From contig JBGAHS010000010.1 in the NCBI GenBank assembly GCA_044226015.1, forward strand, positions 288,001 through 352,000: a DNA stretch of 64,000 nt, in the 5' to 3' direction. Source of the stretch: Candidatus Obscuribacteraceae bacterium (lineage in GTDB: Bacteria; Cyanobacteriota; Vampirovibrionia; Obscuribacterales; Obscuribacteraceae). The position numbers and the translations under genes are program-made. The stretch's first letter is position 1. Every line of letters starts with the position of its first letter. The notes under the pieces were generated by a model. It made no database searches and was not told the DNA's origin. It worked only from the letters and a program-made list of their open reading frames with translations. Shown here one piece after another: positions 20,956 to 31,526 of this stretch.

Positions 20956-22017
20956 TTAATACCGGCGAGTAGCTTGCAGCAGCATGTTCTTGGCTGCGTT
21001 TATAACTGCCTGTGCTGATAGTTCTGTCAGGCACTGGCGTTTGTCATCGCAGGTCTTTTTGTAATTGCAGGGGCGGCAGCTGAGATTGCTATCGAAAAGT
21101 GCCAGATTCTTCGTGCCCCAGGGAGCCCAGCGCTCTGGGTCCGTCGGTCCGAACAAGGCGAGTGTCGGCGTACCCGCAGCGGCCGATAAATGTGCGGGTC
21201 CGGAGTCAGTGCAAATTGCTAAGTCCATATTCGCAAGCAGAGCCATGCTTTGTTGAAGGCTGAGCTTTCCGGAGGTGTTGATCGCTTCAATGCCCGAGGT
21301 CCGATCCAACTCCTCATACATTTTTGTGTCTTGCGCTGAGCCTGCATGGAAAGCTAGATATTCTCCGCTTTCACAAAGCCCACGCATCACCTCTGCCCAG
21401 TTTTCTAGAGGATACATTTTGTCGGGATGCGCGGCTGCGGCATGGAACAGAATTTTGGGCTTACGGCTTTTCAGCTCAGGCACGAGTTCTTCAATTTGGC
21501 TTTGCTCACTTGCCGAAATCCATGATTCCATCTCTGTGTTCACTATCGGAATATCCGCTGCTCGCAATACGTCGAGCGTGGATTCGACTTCGTGTATAGA
21601 CGGATTCCACTTTACGGCTGTGGTCAAAAATAAGGATCTGGGCGGACTACCATAGCCGATTCTGTTTCTGCAGCCAATCAGAAGCGGGAGTAGAGCCGCA
21701 GACCAGGAGCGTTTTAGAACAAAAGCTGTGTCGTATTTTCGCTCTTTCAGTTCGCTAACGTATGACCAAAATGAACGTGGCTTGCCCGCCCCGCTGTCAT
21801 ACTTGTGAAATCGAGTGGTATCGTAGCAAATCAATTCATTGATGTAAGGACATCCCTGAAGAACCTCGCCGCTTTGGGGACCAACAAGCACATCGATTTT
21901 CGCATTCGGGTATGCTTCTCGCAAATTTCGCAAGAAGGGAACCGTAAGAATGGTGTCACCGATAAATCTATATCTGATGACGAGAATTCTTGAGGCAGCC
22001 GGTTTGCTGTTAGCCAT
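20956..22017 (-). CDS. waaF: GT9 LPS heptosyltransferase (WaaF-like)
   Basis: IGDTILTVP and DSGPAHLSAAAGTPTLALFGPT motifs; in an operon with lpxK and waaA. Exact GT9 subfamily uncertain. Confidence 0.8.
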   Translation of the reverse strand: MANSKPAASRILVIRYRFIGDTILTVPFLRNLREAYPNAKIDVLVGPQSGEVLQGCPYINELICYDTTRFHKYDSGAGKPRSFWSYVSELKERKYDTAFVLKRSWSAALLPLLIGCRNRIGYGSPPRSLFLTTAVKWNPSIHEVESTLDVLRAADIPIVNTEMESWISASEQSQIEELVPELKSRKPKILFHAAAAHPDKMYPLENWAEVMRGLCESGEYLAFHAGSAQDTKMYEELDRTSGIEAINTSGKLSLQQSMALLANMDLAICTDSGPAHLSAAAGTPTLALFGPTDPERWAPWGTKNLALFDSNLSCRPCNYKKTCDDKRQCLTELSAQAVINAAKNMLLQATRRY

Positions 22018-22046
22018 TACCGCTTCTCTTCAAAGTGCGCATTGAA

Positions 22047-23171
22047 TTATCTTGCGGCTCCAGCTGGAAGCTTCGAAGAATTCTTCATTTTTTTCAAAAT
22101 TGCTCTGAGTTCTTGCAGGTCCGTTAGTTCGACACCGCTCCAGCTTGTTGAAAGCGACAATTCGGCGAGAGGAACTTTGTCGATGAATTCTTCTGGCAGT
22201 CTCACGCGGTCTTTCGCTGTTGTTACCAGGAATTGGGCACCACTTTCTTCAAAGTCGCGTGCGAGCTTATCCAACTCCTGCGCTGTAAGCCAGTGGTGGT
22301 CGGGATAAGTCTGTTTTCCAGCTACAACACAGCCAGCAGAATACAGTTGTTTGATGAAACCTTCTGGACGTGCGATGCCGCAAAACGCGAAGACTCTAAC
22401 TCCATCACCACGGGTGGTGATAGTTACCTTCTGCGAATTATAGACCCGGTGGAGCCCATCAGTTTCAAACCGGCAGCTCAAAACTGGTATGCCTGGTCTG
22501 AATTGATTTGCCTTGACCCTGAGTTGTTGAATTTTTCGCGGGTCAGGGTTGTCTGGCAGTTTGCTTATGACGATGCAATCTGCACGAGCAATTGATGTAA
22601 TTGGTTCTCTGAGTCGTCCTGCAGGAAGAAGCTTCAGGTCTTCCAAGTCATCGTTGTAATCGTAGACAAGAATATCGAAATCACGATAAAGCTTCAGGTG
22701 CTGAAATCCGTCATCGAGAATAAGTATGTCGCACGCATAGTCCTTAATTGCCATCTGACCCGCAGCATAGCGGTCTGCCGAGACAATCACTACTGCGCCT
22801 GGCACGGACTGTGCAATCAAAAATGGTTCATCGCCCGCCTGGGCGGAGTCAACGAGAATCTGCCGACCATCACTCACAACCAGCACTTTTTCGCTTGAGC
22901 GTCTCTTGTAACCACGGCTCAATATGCCGACTTTCAGCCCAAATCTCTGTAAGCCCTTAGCCAGGTCGATGGTGATTGGAGTTTTGCCAGTGCCGCCTAC
23001 GGTCAGGTTGCCTATGGAGATGACGGGTGCGCTGAGGCGTTTCTGCGTGAGAATCTTGTTCTCGTAGCCTTTCAATCGAGACAAACTACCCAGCTTATAG
23101 AATGCACTCAAGGGGCTGAGCAACGAGTTCAAAAGCTTTTCTTGAGTTGTTTCTGGTTTGTACCAGCTCAT
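22047..23171 (-). CDS. lpxK: Tetraacyldisaccharide 4'-kinase
   Basis: GNLTVGGTGKTP, SRGY, GDEP, LDDGFQH, LPAGRLRE, PDHH and TTAKD motifs. Confidence 0.97.
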   Translation of the reverse strand: MSWYKPETTQEKLLNSLLSPLSAFYKLGSLSRLKGYENKILTQKRLSAPVISIGNLTVGGTGKTPITIDLAKGLQRFGLKVGILSRGYKRRSSEKVLVVSDGRQILVDSAQAGDEPFLIAQSVPGAVVIVSADRYAAGQMAIKDYACDILILDDGFQHLKLYRDFDILVYDYNDDLEDLKLLPAGRLREPITSIARADCIVISKLPDNPDPRKIQQLRVKANQFRPGIPVLSCRFETDGLHRVYNSQKVTITTRGDGVRVFAFCGIARPEGFIKQLYSAGCVVAGKQTYPDHHWLTAQELDKLARDFEESGAQFLVTTAKDRVRLPEEFIDKVPLAELSLSTSWSGVELTDLQELRAILKKMKNSSKLPAGAAR

Positions 23172-24493
23172 CGTCGTACCCCTCCCACAGTCTCGACTCG
23201 TAACTCTGTATCTGGACCCTTGTGATGCAGGTATTCTTCCAGCAGGGCCAGTGTTTTGGCAAGTGCCCCCTGGCTTTGAGCCAGGAAATTGTAGCCGTTT
23301 TCTCCGAGCTCTTTCCGCTTCTGAGGCGATTCGAGCAGTGATTTTATTGCTGGGCTAAGCTCTTTTTCATCGTTCAAAACTTGCAGGGCATTTGCCTCTT
23401 GCATCTTTTGGAATAAGTCTTTTGTCTTGTGAATATGAGGTCCGCAGATGACAGGCGTTTTATAAATGCATGGCTCAACTAGATTGTGCCCACCGACGTT
23501 TGCGATAGTGCCACCAACAAAAGCAATATCTGCGATTGAATAAAAGCGGGTTAGTTGACCAATTGTGTCGAGCAAATATACGTCTCTAGCAGCCTCAATG
23601 GATTCATTGAGGCTAAATCTCTTTGCTGTTGATCCAGCGCTCTCTATGAGGCTTGCGACGCGCTGAAATCTTTCCGGGTGCCGTGGCACCAGTATGAGTC
23701 GGAACTTGTAATCGAGCTCTTTTAACGCGTTGATAAACGCAGTTTCTTCACCTTCGTGAGTAGAGCCTGCGACTACTACAATTTCGCTTGCGTTCAATCC
23801 GAGCTTATGCCGAAGCTGCATCTTCTCTGCTTCACTGCAAGGCTTCGCTCCATCAAGTTTGATGTTGCCGCAGACTCTTATTGGAACCTGAGGGTTTCCC
23901 ATTAGCTCAGCGAACCGTTCTTTCTCTGATTCTGATTGGACTGCCAGCGCTGAAAATTTGTTCAATACCGAAGCAAAGAAAAATTGAAATCTCTTGTAGC
24001 CACGGAAAGATTTTGGAGAGAGTCTTCCGTTCAGAAGTAAGACAGGAATTTTTCGCGTCTTGCATTCTTCCATGAAGCCCGGCCATCGCTCGGTCTCGAC
24101 GATTGCAACTACGCTGGGGTTTATCAGGTCTAGCCAGGCGTTGGTTGCCCAGGGCAAATCGAATGGAAAGAAGAACAAGTCAGCTAGTTTTGCTGCTTTC
24201 GCTTTAGCTTGTTCATGACCAGTAGCAGTCGTGTTTGAAATGAAGATTTTGTATTCGGGATGCTGTTTGTGAAACTCTTCGATCAAAGGAAGTACAGCAT
24301 TCAATTCTCCTACCGAAACTGCATGAAACCAGATTCGCGGATAAGAACCGTAGCGACTGACCTTTGACCTAAGTTCAGAAGGAATGAAGCCGAGTTTTTG
24401 CGTGAGTCCTGCGCGAGCCTTTTTGGCGCAGAGCAAGAACGGTCCTACGGTAAATAGGACGAGCCCAAAGACGAAGTAGTAGATGATTGTCAC
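23168..24493 (-). CDS. waaA: Kdo transferase
   Basis: WFHAVSVGE, ETERWP, GSTHEGEE, PRHPER and GGHNLVEP motifs. Confidence 0.97.
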   Translation of the reverse strand: MTIIYYFVFGLVLFTVGPFLLCAKKARAGLTQKLGFIPSELRSKVSRYGSYPRIWFHAVSVGELNAVLPLIEEFHKQHPEYKIFISNTTATGHEQAKAKAAKLADLFFFPFDLPWATNAWLDLINPSVVAIVETERWPGFMEECKTRKIPVLLLNGRLSPKSFRGYKRFQFFFASVLNKFSALAVQSESEKERFAELMGNPQVPIRVCGNIKLDGAKPCSEAEKMQLRHKLGLNASEIVVVAGSTHEGEETAFINALKELDYKFRLILVPRHPERFQRVASLIESAGSTAKRFSLNESIEAARDVYLLDTIGQLTRFYSIADIAFVGGTIANVGGHNLVEPCIYKTPVICGPHIHKTKDLFQKMQEANALQVLNDEKELSPAIKSLLESPQKRKELGENGYNFLAQSQGALAKTLALLEEYLHHKGPDTELRVETVGGVRR

Positions 24494-24746
24494 TATAATC
24501 GCAACTACTCATTACTGAGTAGCCTGCCAGAAACCCAAAACCAAACCTTGGTACAAGTTTACAAGGGTCGTCAGGTGCTTACAATCATACTCTTTTAAGT
24601 TTCGAGGTTTTTTCGGGCTCTTTTGCCAGAACTCGCTAATCCTTAGTTAATGAAGGGGATTTTGAACAGCATATTGGCTCCAGCTAATCTTCGCGACAGC
24701 GAATCACCTGTTTATCATATTGTTGGGATTCTCATTGCACTAACTC

Positions 24747-27410
24747 CTAGATCAGATCGACAGGATCTACATCAACGGTAATTCTTACCCCTGGCGGTGA
24801 GAGACGCTTTCGTAAGTAGCTGGCTATTGCCAGGTTTCCTTGGTCACCCATCATATTTTTGATGATAACGTGCTGCCGATACATGCCTTTTATTTTTTCG
24901 ATCAGGCAGGCCGCTGGACCAAGAATTTTTACTTCCTCGAATTCCTCAAGATAATTGCTCATCTCTTCTGCTATTTGCTCAAGCGCCGATTCTACCTGCT
25001 CTGAGTTGGTTCCACTTGCGAGTATGCGGATGAGCTGACTGTAAGGTGGGTATTCAAAGTCACGTCTACTTACCAGCTCTTGATCAATGAAAGTCTGATA
25101 GTCCTGTTCTTTTGCAAGTGCTAACGCCGGCAAATCTGTATTATGTGTTTGCAGAATTACTCGTCCGGGAAACTTGCCTCTGCCTGCCCTTCCAGAAACC
25201 TGCGTCAGAAGTTGAAATCCTCTTTCCAATGAGCGAAAGTCAGGTAAATTGAAAGCTGCGTCAGCTGCAAGAACACCCACAAGCGTAACTCTTGCGATAT
25301 CCAGTCCTTTTGCCACCATTTGCGTTCCAATTAAGATGTCGGCATCACCCCGAGAAAATTGGTCAAAAATCTCCTGATAGGCACCTTTCTTGCTGCTGAT
25401 ATCACTATCAAGCCTCAGAATTCTCGCTTTTGGAAAAAGGTGAAGGGTCTCTTGTTCAACCTTTTGAGTTCCCATTCCCGATTGCTTCAAGAATGGACTC
25501 TGGCAAGACGGGCAAACTTCGCTGGCTGATTGCTGGAAACCACAATGGTGGCAACTGAATCGTCCACCCTTAGTCAAGCTTGATTCATTGAACTTATTTT
25601 CATTGTGATAGACCAGTGAGACGCTGCAGTGTTTACAATTAATCACCTTGCCGCAGGCGCGGCAGAAGACATGACTGGCATATCCCCTTCTATTCATGAG
25701 TAGAATCGCTTGCTCACCTCGTTGCAGGCAGTCAGCAATTTCTTGCTGTAATCTGGTTGAGATGATCGACTTATTTCCAGTGATAAACTCGCGGCGCATA
25801 TCCACGATTATTGACTCTGGTAGGGCTTGATCGTGTACCCTCGTGGGCAGGCTTACTATTCGGTTCGCTTCTCTTGCTTCCAGATAAGTCACTGCATCTG
25901 GTGTCGCACTTCCGAGGAGAACCAGGCACTTGTCGCGCTTAGCTCTTTCAACTGCCAGATGCTTTGCGGAATATCTGGGGTTAGGCGTTGATTGCTTATA
26001 GCTGCCATCATGCTCTTCATCTAGAATGATTAGTCCCAGATCTGGAATGTTTGCGAGAATTGCAGATCTTGCTCCCAGAACTACTCGCAGTTCTCCCGAT
26101 TGGATGCGTCTGAATGTATCGTAGCGTTCTCCGGCAGATAGAGCGGAATGCCAGATCGCGACTTGATCTCCGAAGCGTCCCACCAGTCGTTGCGCTAGTT
26201 GAGGCGTGAGGCTTATTTCCGGCACCATAAGCAGTGCGCTTCGTCCTTTTTCCAGTGCGGCTTCAATAAGCCTGAGGTATATTTCGGTTTTTCCTGAACC
26301 TGTAACGCCATGTAGCAGCCAGGGGCGATAAGCCGCGTCGTCCTCAAACCCAGTGCCGTCATTTCCCTGCGCCAACTTCTCATCCAGTTCTTTATGTAAG
26401 ACACTTAGCACCCGTGACTGGTTTTCTGTAAGAGCGGGCTTTTCGTTTGGCTTGAATCCAATTCCTTTTAAGGGATCACGTACAGTATCTACTTGCGTCA
26501 TCGCAAGTACTCCATCGCTGACCATGCGTTTAATTGTCGCTGAGCTACTTTTGGTATCTTCAATCAATCGTTGCAACGCTACAGAGCCGTTGTTTCGCTT
26601 AACGTGCTCTAGAATTTCTTGATGTCTCTTAGAGCTGGGTTCTTGCCCGGTCCAGATAACATGATTTATTAGTCTAGGCGCGGCAGTTTCTTCCTGTTGC
26701 CCATAAATCTCTACTTCTCCTCGCTTTTTTAAGCGGGTCAGAGCCGCATAAAAATTTTGTGGCGTGAGCCCAGATCGGTCTTTAAGGGTTCGGATGGAAA
26801 TGCTTTTCCCTGCTTCCTTCAGCACGGTTTTCAGCCGCTCATCTGTGCTTGTTTGAGTTGGACTTTGATGGAAATGTTGAAGTAGTTCAATCCGATTTTG
26901 CTCTTCATTTTCAATCAGCCGAACCATGCGTTTTACACGCGCGCCAATTTCAGCAGGAATTGCTGCAAGCAGAACATCTGAAATGCTGCATAAATAGTAT
27001 TCTGAAATCCAATAGAGAAACTCTATGTATTTAGGATCAAACAGCGGGTTAGAGTCGAGGACTTCGCTTATTGCTTTGATCTTCTCGGGCAATTCGCTTG
27101 TTTGAACACCGCTGCGCCGACTCGCGCTGGCAAGAATTTGATTGCGGTCGCGAATGGAAACTACGAACGCGCTGACGAGTTCTTGTTTGCCGAAGGGCAC
27201 CAGAACCTGTGACCCGACAAAGATCTCGCTTCGAAGATGAGCGGGAATTTCGTAGGTGAACAATCTGTCGCTGATGTCTTTAATGTTCACATCAAGCGCC
27301 AGTTCTGCGAATAGCATCTCTTCTTCTTGCAGTGTCAAAGATTTCAGCCTTGCGCTTGTATTTGGTCTCTTAGAAAAAGTGTAGCGCCCCAGCAGCTCAG
27401 TTGGACTCAT
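24747..27410 (-). CDS. priA: Primosomal protein N'
   Basis: GVTGSGKTE, PEISLTPQ, DEEH, four CxxC pairs and QVSGRAGR. Alternative start 27317. Confidence 0.97.
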   Translation of the reverse strand: MSPTELLGRYTFSKRPNTSARLKSLTLQEEEMLFAELALDVNIKDISDRLFTYEIPAHLRSEIFVGSQVLVPFGKQELVSAFVVSIRDRNQILASASRRSGVQTSELPEKIKAISEVLDSNPLFDPKYIEFLYWISEYYLCSISDVLLAAIPAEIGARVKRMVRLIENEEQNRIELLQHFHQSPTQTSTDERLKTVLKEAGKSISIRTLKDRSGLTPQNFYAALTRLKKRGEVEIYGQQEETAAPRLINHVIWTGQEPSSKRHQEILEHVKRNNGSVALQRLIEDTKSSSATIKRMVSDGVLAMTQVDTVRDPLKGIGFKPNEKPALTENQSRVLSVLHKELDEKLAQGNDGTGFEDDAAYRPWLLHGVTGSGKTEIYLRLIEAALEKGRSALLMVPEISLTPQLAQRLVGRFGDQVAIWHSALSAGERYDTFRRIQSGELRVVLGARSAILANIPDLGLIILDEEHDGSYKQSTPNPRYSAKHLAVERAKRDKCLVLLGSATPDAVTYLEAREANRIVSLPTRVHDQALPESIIVDMRREFITGNKSIISTRLQQEIADCLQRGEQAILLMNRRGYASHVFCRACGKVINCKHCSVSLVYHNENKFNESSLTKGGRFSCHHCGFQQSASEVCPSCQSPFLKQSGMGTQKVEQETLHLFPKARILRLDSDISSKKGAYQEIFDQFSRGDADILIGTQMVAKGLDIARVTLVGVLAADAAFNLPDFRSLERGFQLLTQVSGRAGRGKFPGRVILQTHNTDLPALALAKEQDYQTFIDQELVSRRDFEYPPYSQLIRILASGTNSEQVESALEQIAEEMSNYLEEFEEVKILGPAACLIEKIKGMYRQHVIIKNMMGDQGNLAIASYLRKRLSPPGVRITVDVDPVDLI

Positions 27411-27526
27411 GACAAGCGCCCTCCGTAAAAGGAATAAGGCATGTAAACAAGACTGCCTTTAATTCTTCATAACGAAAAAATCATGCCAAGGGTTCAATTG
27501 AGGGACATAAAAAGTTTTGGCAAACT

Positions 27527-27560
27527 AAAAGCCGATGCTCTTAATAAGGGGCATCGGCTT
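27527..27560 (-). terminator. Intrinsic terminator after the HNH gene
   Basis: AAGCCGATGCTCTT / AAGGGGCATCGGCTT stem with a T-run on the minus strand. Confidence 0.7.
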
Positions 27561-27583
27561 CTATTTCTTATTCTTGAGATGCA

Positions 27584-28123
27584 TCAGGCTCCAATCAAAT
27601 ACTTGTCCCAGGTGTTCTGACCAGAAGCAGAATGCTTTGAAATCTCGAACGACACGTGGCTGCTAGGTCTCTTTGGCACTGTCATAAGAGGCATGTTGGA
27701 CTCGCGTGGAGTCCTGTCCCCTTTCTTGACATTGCACTTAAGGCAAGCTGCGACAACGTTTTCCCAGTGATCGCCTCCCCCGCGTGAACGTGGGACGATA
27801 TGGTCTATCGTCAGGTCATGGCGCCTATCGCCGCAGTATTGACAGGTATAGTTGTCTCTGTGAAGAACATTACGACGTGACAAAGATATTTCTTTGTATG
27901 GAATCTTCACATACGAGCGCAGTCTGATGACTAGGGGAAGCGGCACGTCAGGAGTCAGCATTTTGCCGTTATGCTCCACCTGCTCTGCCTTTCCCTTGAG
28001 TACCAGAATTATGGCTCGGCGCCAGCTCGTAATATTGAGCGGCTCGTAAGATGCGTTAAGTACAAGAACTTTCAAGACGGATCCCTTACCCTTTTTTTCT
28101 TGTTTCTCTCTGTCCGCGGGCAT
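27584..28123 (-). CDS. HNH endonuclease (McrA-like)
   Basis: VLVLNASYEPL, RDNYTCQYCG, TIDHIVPRSRGG and WENVVAACLKCN motifs. Confidence 0.92.
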   Translation of the reverse strand: MPADREKQEKKGKGSVLKVLVLNASYEPLNITSWRRAIILVLKGKAEQVEHNGKMLTPDVPLPLVIRLRSYVKIPYKEISLSRRNVLHRDNYTCQYCGDRRHDLTIDHIVPRSRGGGDHWENVVAACLKCNVKKGDRTPRESNMPLMTVPKRPSSHVSFEISKHSASGQNTWDKYLIGA

Positions 28124-28480
28124 TTTGACGAGAATTTCAAATTACCCGTGTGTTCTTTTGGTTTTCTCTTGGAGACTTTAACCCCGTCGGAACGCGACTT
28201 CTTAACTAAATCTTTACGATTTACATTATAACGACGCATGTCGTATTTTGTCTAGGAATCACGTCTAGTGAGCCTTTTGTGTTAGAATGTCCCTCCTGTC
28301 CCCAAACAGATATGGGTTTGCTATGCCCATATAGCCTCATCCTGAGGGAGGCGCAGAGCGCCTCCAGCGAGAGAAGCAAGTGTTTGCAGCTTATCAAAAC
28401 CGCAAAAAGCTTGCTTGGCAGTGGGGGGAGCAGCACTCAAATAATCACGCAACTAATTAGCGGAGGATAAAAAGAAGACC

Positions 28481-29263
28481 TTGCCAGTAGCATCGATGAG
28501 ACAATTATTGGAAGCAGGAGTGCATTTCGGTCACCAGACACGTCGCTGGAACCCGAAGATGCGTCCTTATATCTATGGTGAACGCAATGGCATTTACATC
28601 ATAGACCTGGAGCAAACTTCCAGAAAGCTCGACCAGGCTTGCGAATTTTTGAGAAAAGCTGCATCCGAAAGAAAGAATATCGTTTTCGTCGGAACCAAGA
28701 AGCAAGCCTCTGAAATTGTTGAAGAAGAAGCTCGCCGCTGCGACGCTCACTTTGTGAACCGTCGTTGGTTGGGTGGAATGCTCACCAATTTCGAGACCAT
28801 CAGACTTCGCATCAACAGACTGAAAGAACTCGAAGAAATGCGCGACACCGGCGAATTCTATCGCCGCCCTAAGAAGGAAGTCGCAGTTCTGAACCGCGAA
28901 CTCACCAAGCTTGAAAAATCGCTCGGTGGTATTAAGACAATGCGCGGCAGACCGGATGTGCTTTTTGTGATCGACCAGAAGCGCGAACTCAACGCAGTTG
29001 CAGAAGCGCTCAAAATCGGCATCACAGTAGTAGGAATGATCGATACCAACTGCGACCCAGATGGCATCAACTATGTAATTCCTAGCAACGATGATTCCAT
29101 CCGTTCCATCAAGCTGATTTGCTCTAAGCTCGCTGATTCGATCATTGAAGGTCGTCAGGGCCAAGTTCAAAACCAGATCATCAAAAAAGAAGATCGTGAT
29201 GATTGGAAAAAAGACGAAGCTCCAGCTGAACAGCAAGCTCAGCCAGTTGAACAACAATCCTAA
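28481..29263 (+). CDS. rpsB: 30S ribosomal protein S2
   Basis: [28 protein letters not shown] and DTNCDP motifs. TTG start. Confidence 0.99.
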   Translation: MPVASMRQLLEAGVHFGHQTRRWNPKMRPYIYGERNGIYIIDLEQTSRKLDQACEFLRKAASERKNIVFVGTKKQASEIVEEEARRCDAHFVNRRWLGGMLTNFETIRLRINRLKELEEMRDTGEFYRRPKKEVAVLNRELTKLEKSLGGIKTMRGRPDVLFVIDQKRELNAVAEALKIGITVVGMIDTNCDPDGINYVIPSNDDSIRSIKLICSKLADSIIEGRQGQVQNQIIKKEDRDDWKKDEAPAEQQAQPVEQQS

Positions 29264-29271
29264 TTGAGAAG

Positions 29272-29305
29272 ACAAAGTACGCAATTCAAGAATTGCGTAC
29301 TTTGT
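29272..29305 (+). promoter_or_regulatory. Perfect 16-bp inverted repeat between rpsB and tsf (attenuator or mRNA stability hairpin)
   Basis: ACAAAGTACGCAATTC-aa-GAATTGCGTACTTTGT. Confidence 0.7.
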
Positions 29306-29365
29306 TGAGACAGGTCCCACGCGGGCGTAAGCTCGCCGTCTAATAACAGGAGTTAAAGGAGAAAC

Positions 29366-30253
29366 ATGGTTATGGCAGAGATTTCTGCTTCGCAAGTTAA
29401 AGAACTGCGCGAACAAACCGGCGCCGGCATGATGGAGTGCAAGAACGCGCTCAAAGATTCTAACGGTGACATGGGCAAAGCGATTGAATGGCTCCGTCAG
29501 AAGGGTCTTGCTGCGGCTGCTAAGAAATCTAGCCGTGCCGCCTCTGAAGGAATCGTTGTCGGTAAGACCAGCCCCTGCGCGAAGAGAGCTGTGCTTCTCG
29601 AAGTTAACTGCGAAACAGACTTCGTAGCTAAGAACGACAAGTTCCAGGCTTTCACACAAGAACTCGCTGGTATCGCTCTTGATACCAAGTCGCATGATGC
29701 AGACGCTCTCTTGGCTCAAACCCATGGTGACAAGAAAGTGGCTGATTACATTGCCTCACAGGTTGCCACAATCGGCGAAAATATCGTTCTCCGTCGGGTC
29801 ACCTACATGGAAATCGGCGGCGAAGGCATCATCGGTTTGTACGTTCATGCACTCGGTGGAAAGATGGGCGCGCTCGTAGCTCTCGAGTCTAACAAAGCTC
29901 TCGCTTGCGATGAAGTTGCTCCGGTTGCTCGTGACCTTGCAATGCACATCGTATCTGCAAAGCCACAATTCGTTCAGAGAACAGACATTCCTGAAGAGCA
30001 AATCGAAAACGAACGCAGAATTGAACTCGGTAAGGAAGACCTCGCTAAGAAGCCAGCTGAAATCCGTGAAAAGATTGTCACTGGACGCGTTGACAAAATC
30101 TTCGCTGAGCGTTGCTTGCTAGAGCAAGACTTCGTCAAAGATCCTAGCCAGAAAATCTCCCAGGTTCTCAGCATGAAAGATAAGGGTATCGAATTGAAGC
30201 CAAAACAATTCGCTCTCTTCATCCTCGGCGAAAACATGGAAGCTGCTGAATAG
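29366..30253 (+). CDS. tsf: Elongation factor Ts
   Basis: VKELREQTGAGMMECK and EVNCETDFVAKN motifs. AAGGAG SD. Confidence 0.99.
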   Translation: MVMAEISASQVKELREQTGAGMMECKNALKDSNGDMGKAIEWLRQKGLAAAAKKSSRAASEGIVVGKTSPCAKRAVLLEVNCETDFVAKNDKFQAFTQELAGIALDTKSHDADALLAQTHGDKKVADYIASQVATIGENIVLRRVTYMEIGGEGIIGLYVHALGGKMGALVALESNKALACDEVAPVARDLAMHIVSAKPQFVQRTDIPEEQIENERRIELGKEDLAKKPAEIREKIVTGRVDKIFAERCLLEQDFVKDPSQKISQVLSMKDKGIELKPKQFALFILGENMEAAE

Positions 30254-30274
30254 TTCAGCTGAATTGAAAATTTT

Positions 30275-30309
30275 GAAGAGGGGAGAGCGATCTTCCCTCT
30301 TCTTTTTTT
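30275..30309 (+). terminator. Intrinsic terminator of rpsB-tsf
   Basis: GAAGAGGGGAGA-gcga-TCTTCCCTCTTC followed by T7. Confidence 0.85.
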
Positions 30310-30759
30310 CTGCCGTCGAATCGTTTTTTTGTACCGAGTTGCTTTCTGTCGTTGGATCCGGTCTGCTTCGTCGCTTCCGTTTCGTCGTTGAATCCGTTTC
30401 GTGCCCAATACTACTGTCCTTCGATTGTAGACGCTCACCCGCAACGCTCTATGTCCAGATACAGTTGAATCTATATTCTGCTGCTCACAAATGTCACTAA
30501 TGGGCGTGTTCGGAAGAATAACAAAACTAGCCATCAAAAATTACCATGAGTTAACGTTGGCTCTGATGACCATAGGAAGCCCATCTTGGGGATATATAAG
30601 TGCTATCTTTGATGCAAAATGTGAAAAGGTTTATCAGCGCAACCTCTTGCTAGGCAAGCGTTTTAGTCGATAGAGTGCTTTGACGAGAGCAAGTAAATGT
30701 ATTGAACGCCTGAAGGCGCTATCATTCAGGTGTAGCCTTCCCGAGCCAATTACGGAATC

Positions 30760-31524
30760 ATGACAGTTAGCGAACCAATTAGTAATGCAAGCGCTGAGCC
30801 ACTCAGCCTCAACACACGTTATAAGCGCGTCCTTCTCAAAATCAGCGGTGAAGCCCTGATGGGGAAGGAGAAATTTGGAATCGACCCTGTCAGCATAGAA
30901 GGCATTGCTGATGACATTAAGCAGGCTCATCTGCGCAAAGTACAGGTCGCGGTGGTCGTAGGTGGTGGCAACATATTCCGAGGAGTACAGGGTGCTCAGT
31001 GGGGCATGGACAAAGCTGCAGCTGACTATGTCGGCATGATTGCGACCGTGATGAATGCGCTCATGTTGCAAGAAGTACTGAAGAACAAGGGTGTTGAAAC
31101 CCGGGTCCAAACAGCAATCAGCATGCCGCAAATTGCAGAGCCTTTTATTCGCCAGCGCGCATTGCGTCACTTGAACAAAGATCGTGTAGTCATTTTTGGC
31201 GGTGGCACCGGCAATCCTTACGTGACGACTGATACTGCTGCTGCGCTTAGAGCTGCTGAAATCAAAGCCGATGCACTTCTGATGGCCAAGAACAAAGTTG
31301 ATGGCATTTACGATGATGACCCGCGTACAAATCCTAGTGCGAAAAAGTTTGAGTCGCTGAAATTCGAAGAGCTCATCAAATTAGGTCTTAAGGTCATGGA
31401 CCCGGCCGGAGTTTCTCTCTGTCAGCAGAACAACATTCCAATTGTTGTTTTTGATTTTGCCAAAGCTGGCAGCATAGACAAAATAATTAGTGGAGACCAA
31501 GTAGGAACAATCGTTTGGGGGTAA
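30760..31524 (+). CDS. pyrH: UMP kinase
   Basis: RVLLKISGEAL, GGGNIFRG and TTDTAAALRA motifs. Confidence 0.98.
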   Translation: MTVSEPISNASAEPLSLNTRYKRVLLKISGEALMGKEKFGIDPVSIEGIADDIKQAHLRKVQVAVVVGGGNIFRGVQGAQWGMDKAAADYVGMIATVMNALMLQEVLKNKGVETRVQTAISMPQIAEPFIRQRALRHLNKDRVVIFGGGTGNPYVTTDTAAALRAAEIKADALLMAKNKVDGIYDDDPRTNPSAKKFESLKFEELIKLGLKVMDPAGVSLCQQNNIPIVVFDFAKAGSIDKIISGDQVGTIVWG

Positions 31525-31526
31525 TT

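Noticed and set aside
27584..28123. HNH gene as a mobile element or defence system
   Set aside because: Matches the common stand-alone McrA-like family; no intron, methyltransferase, terminal repeats or partner genes.
28505..29725. 406-aa minus-strand ORF
   Set aside because: Antisense shadow of the highly codon-biased rpsB and tsf genes.
30559..30582. Hammerhead ribozyme (CTGATGA)
   Set aside because: No proper stem II, GAAA core or stem III can be formed.
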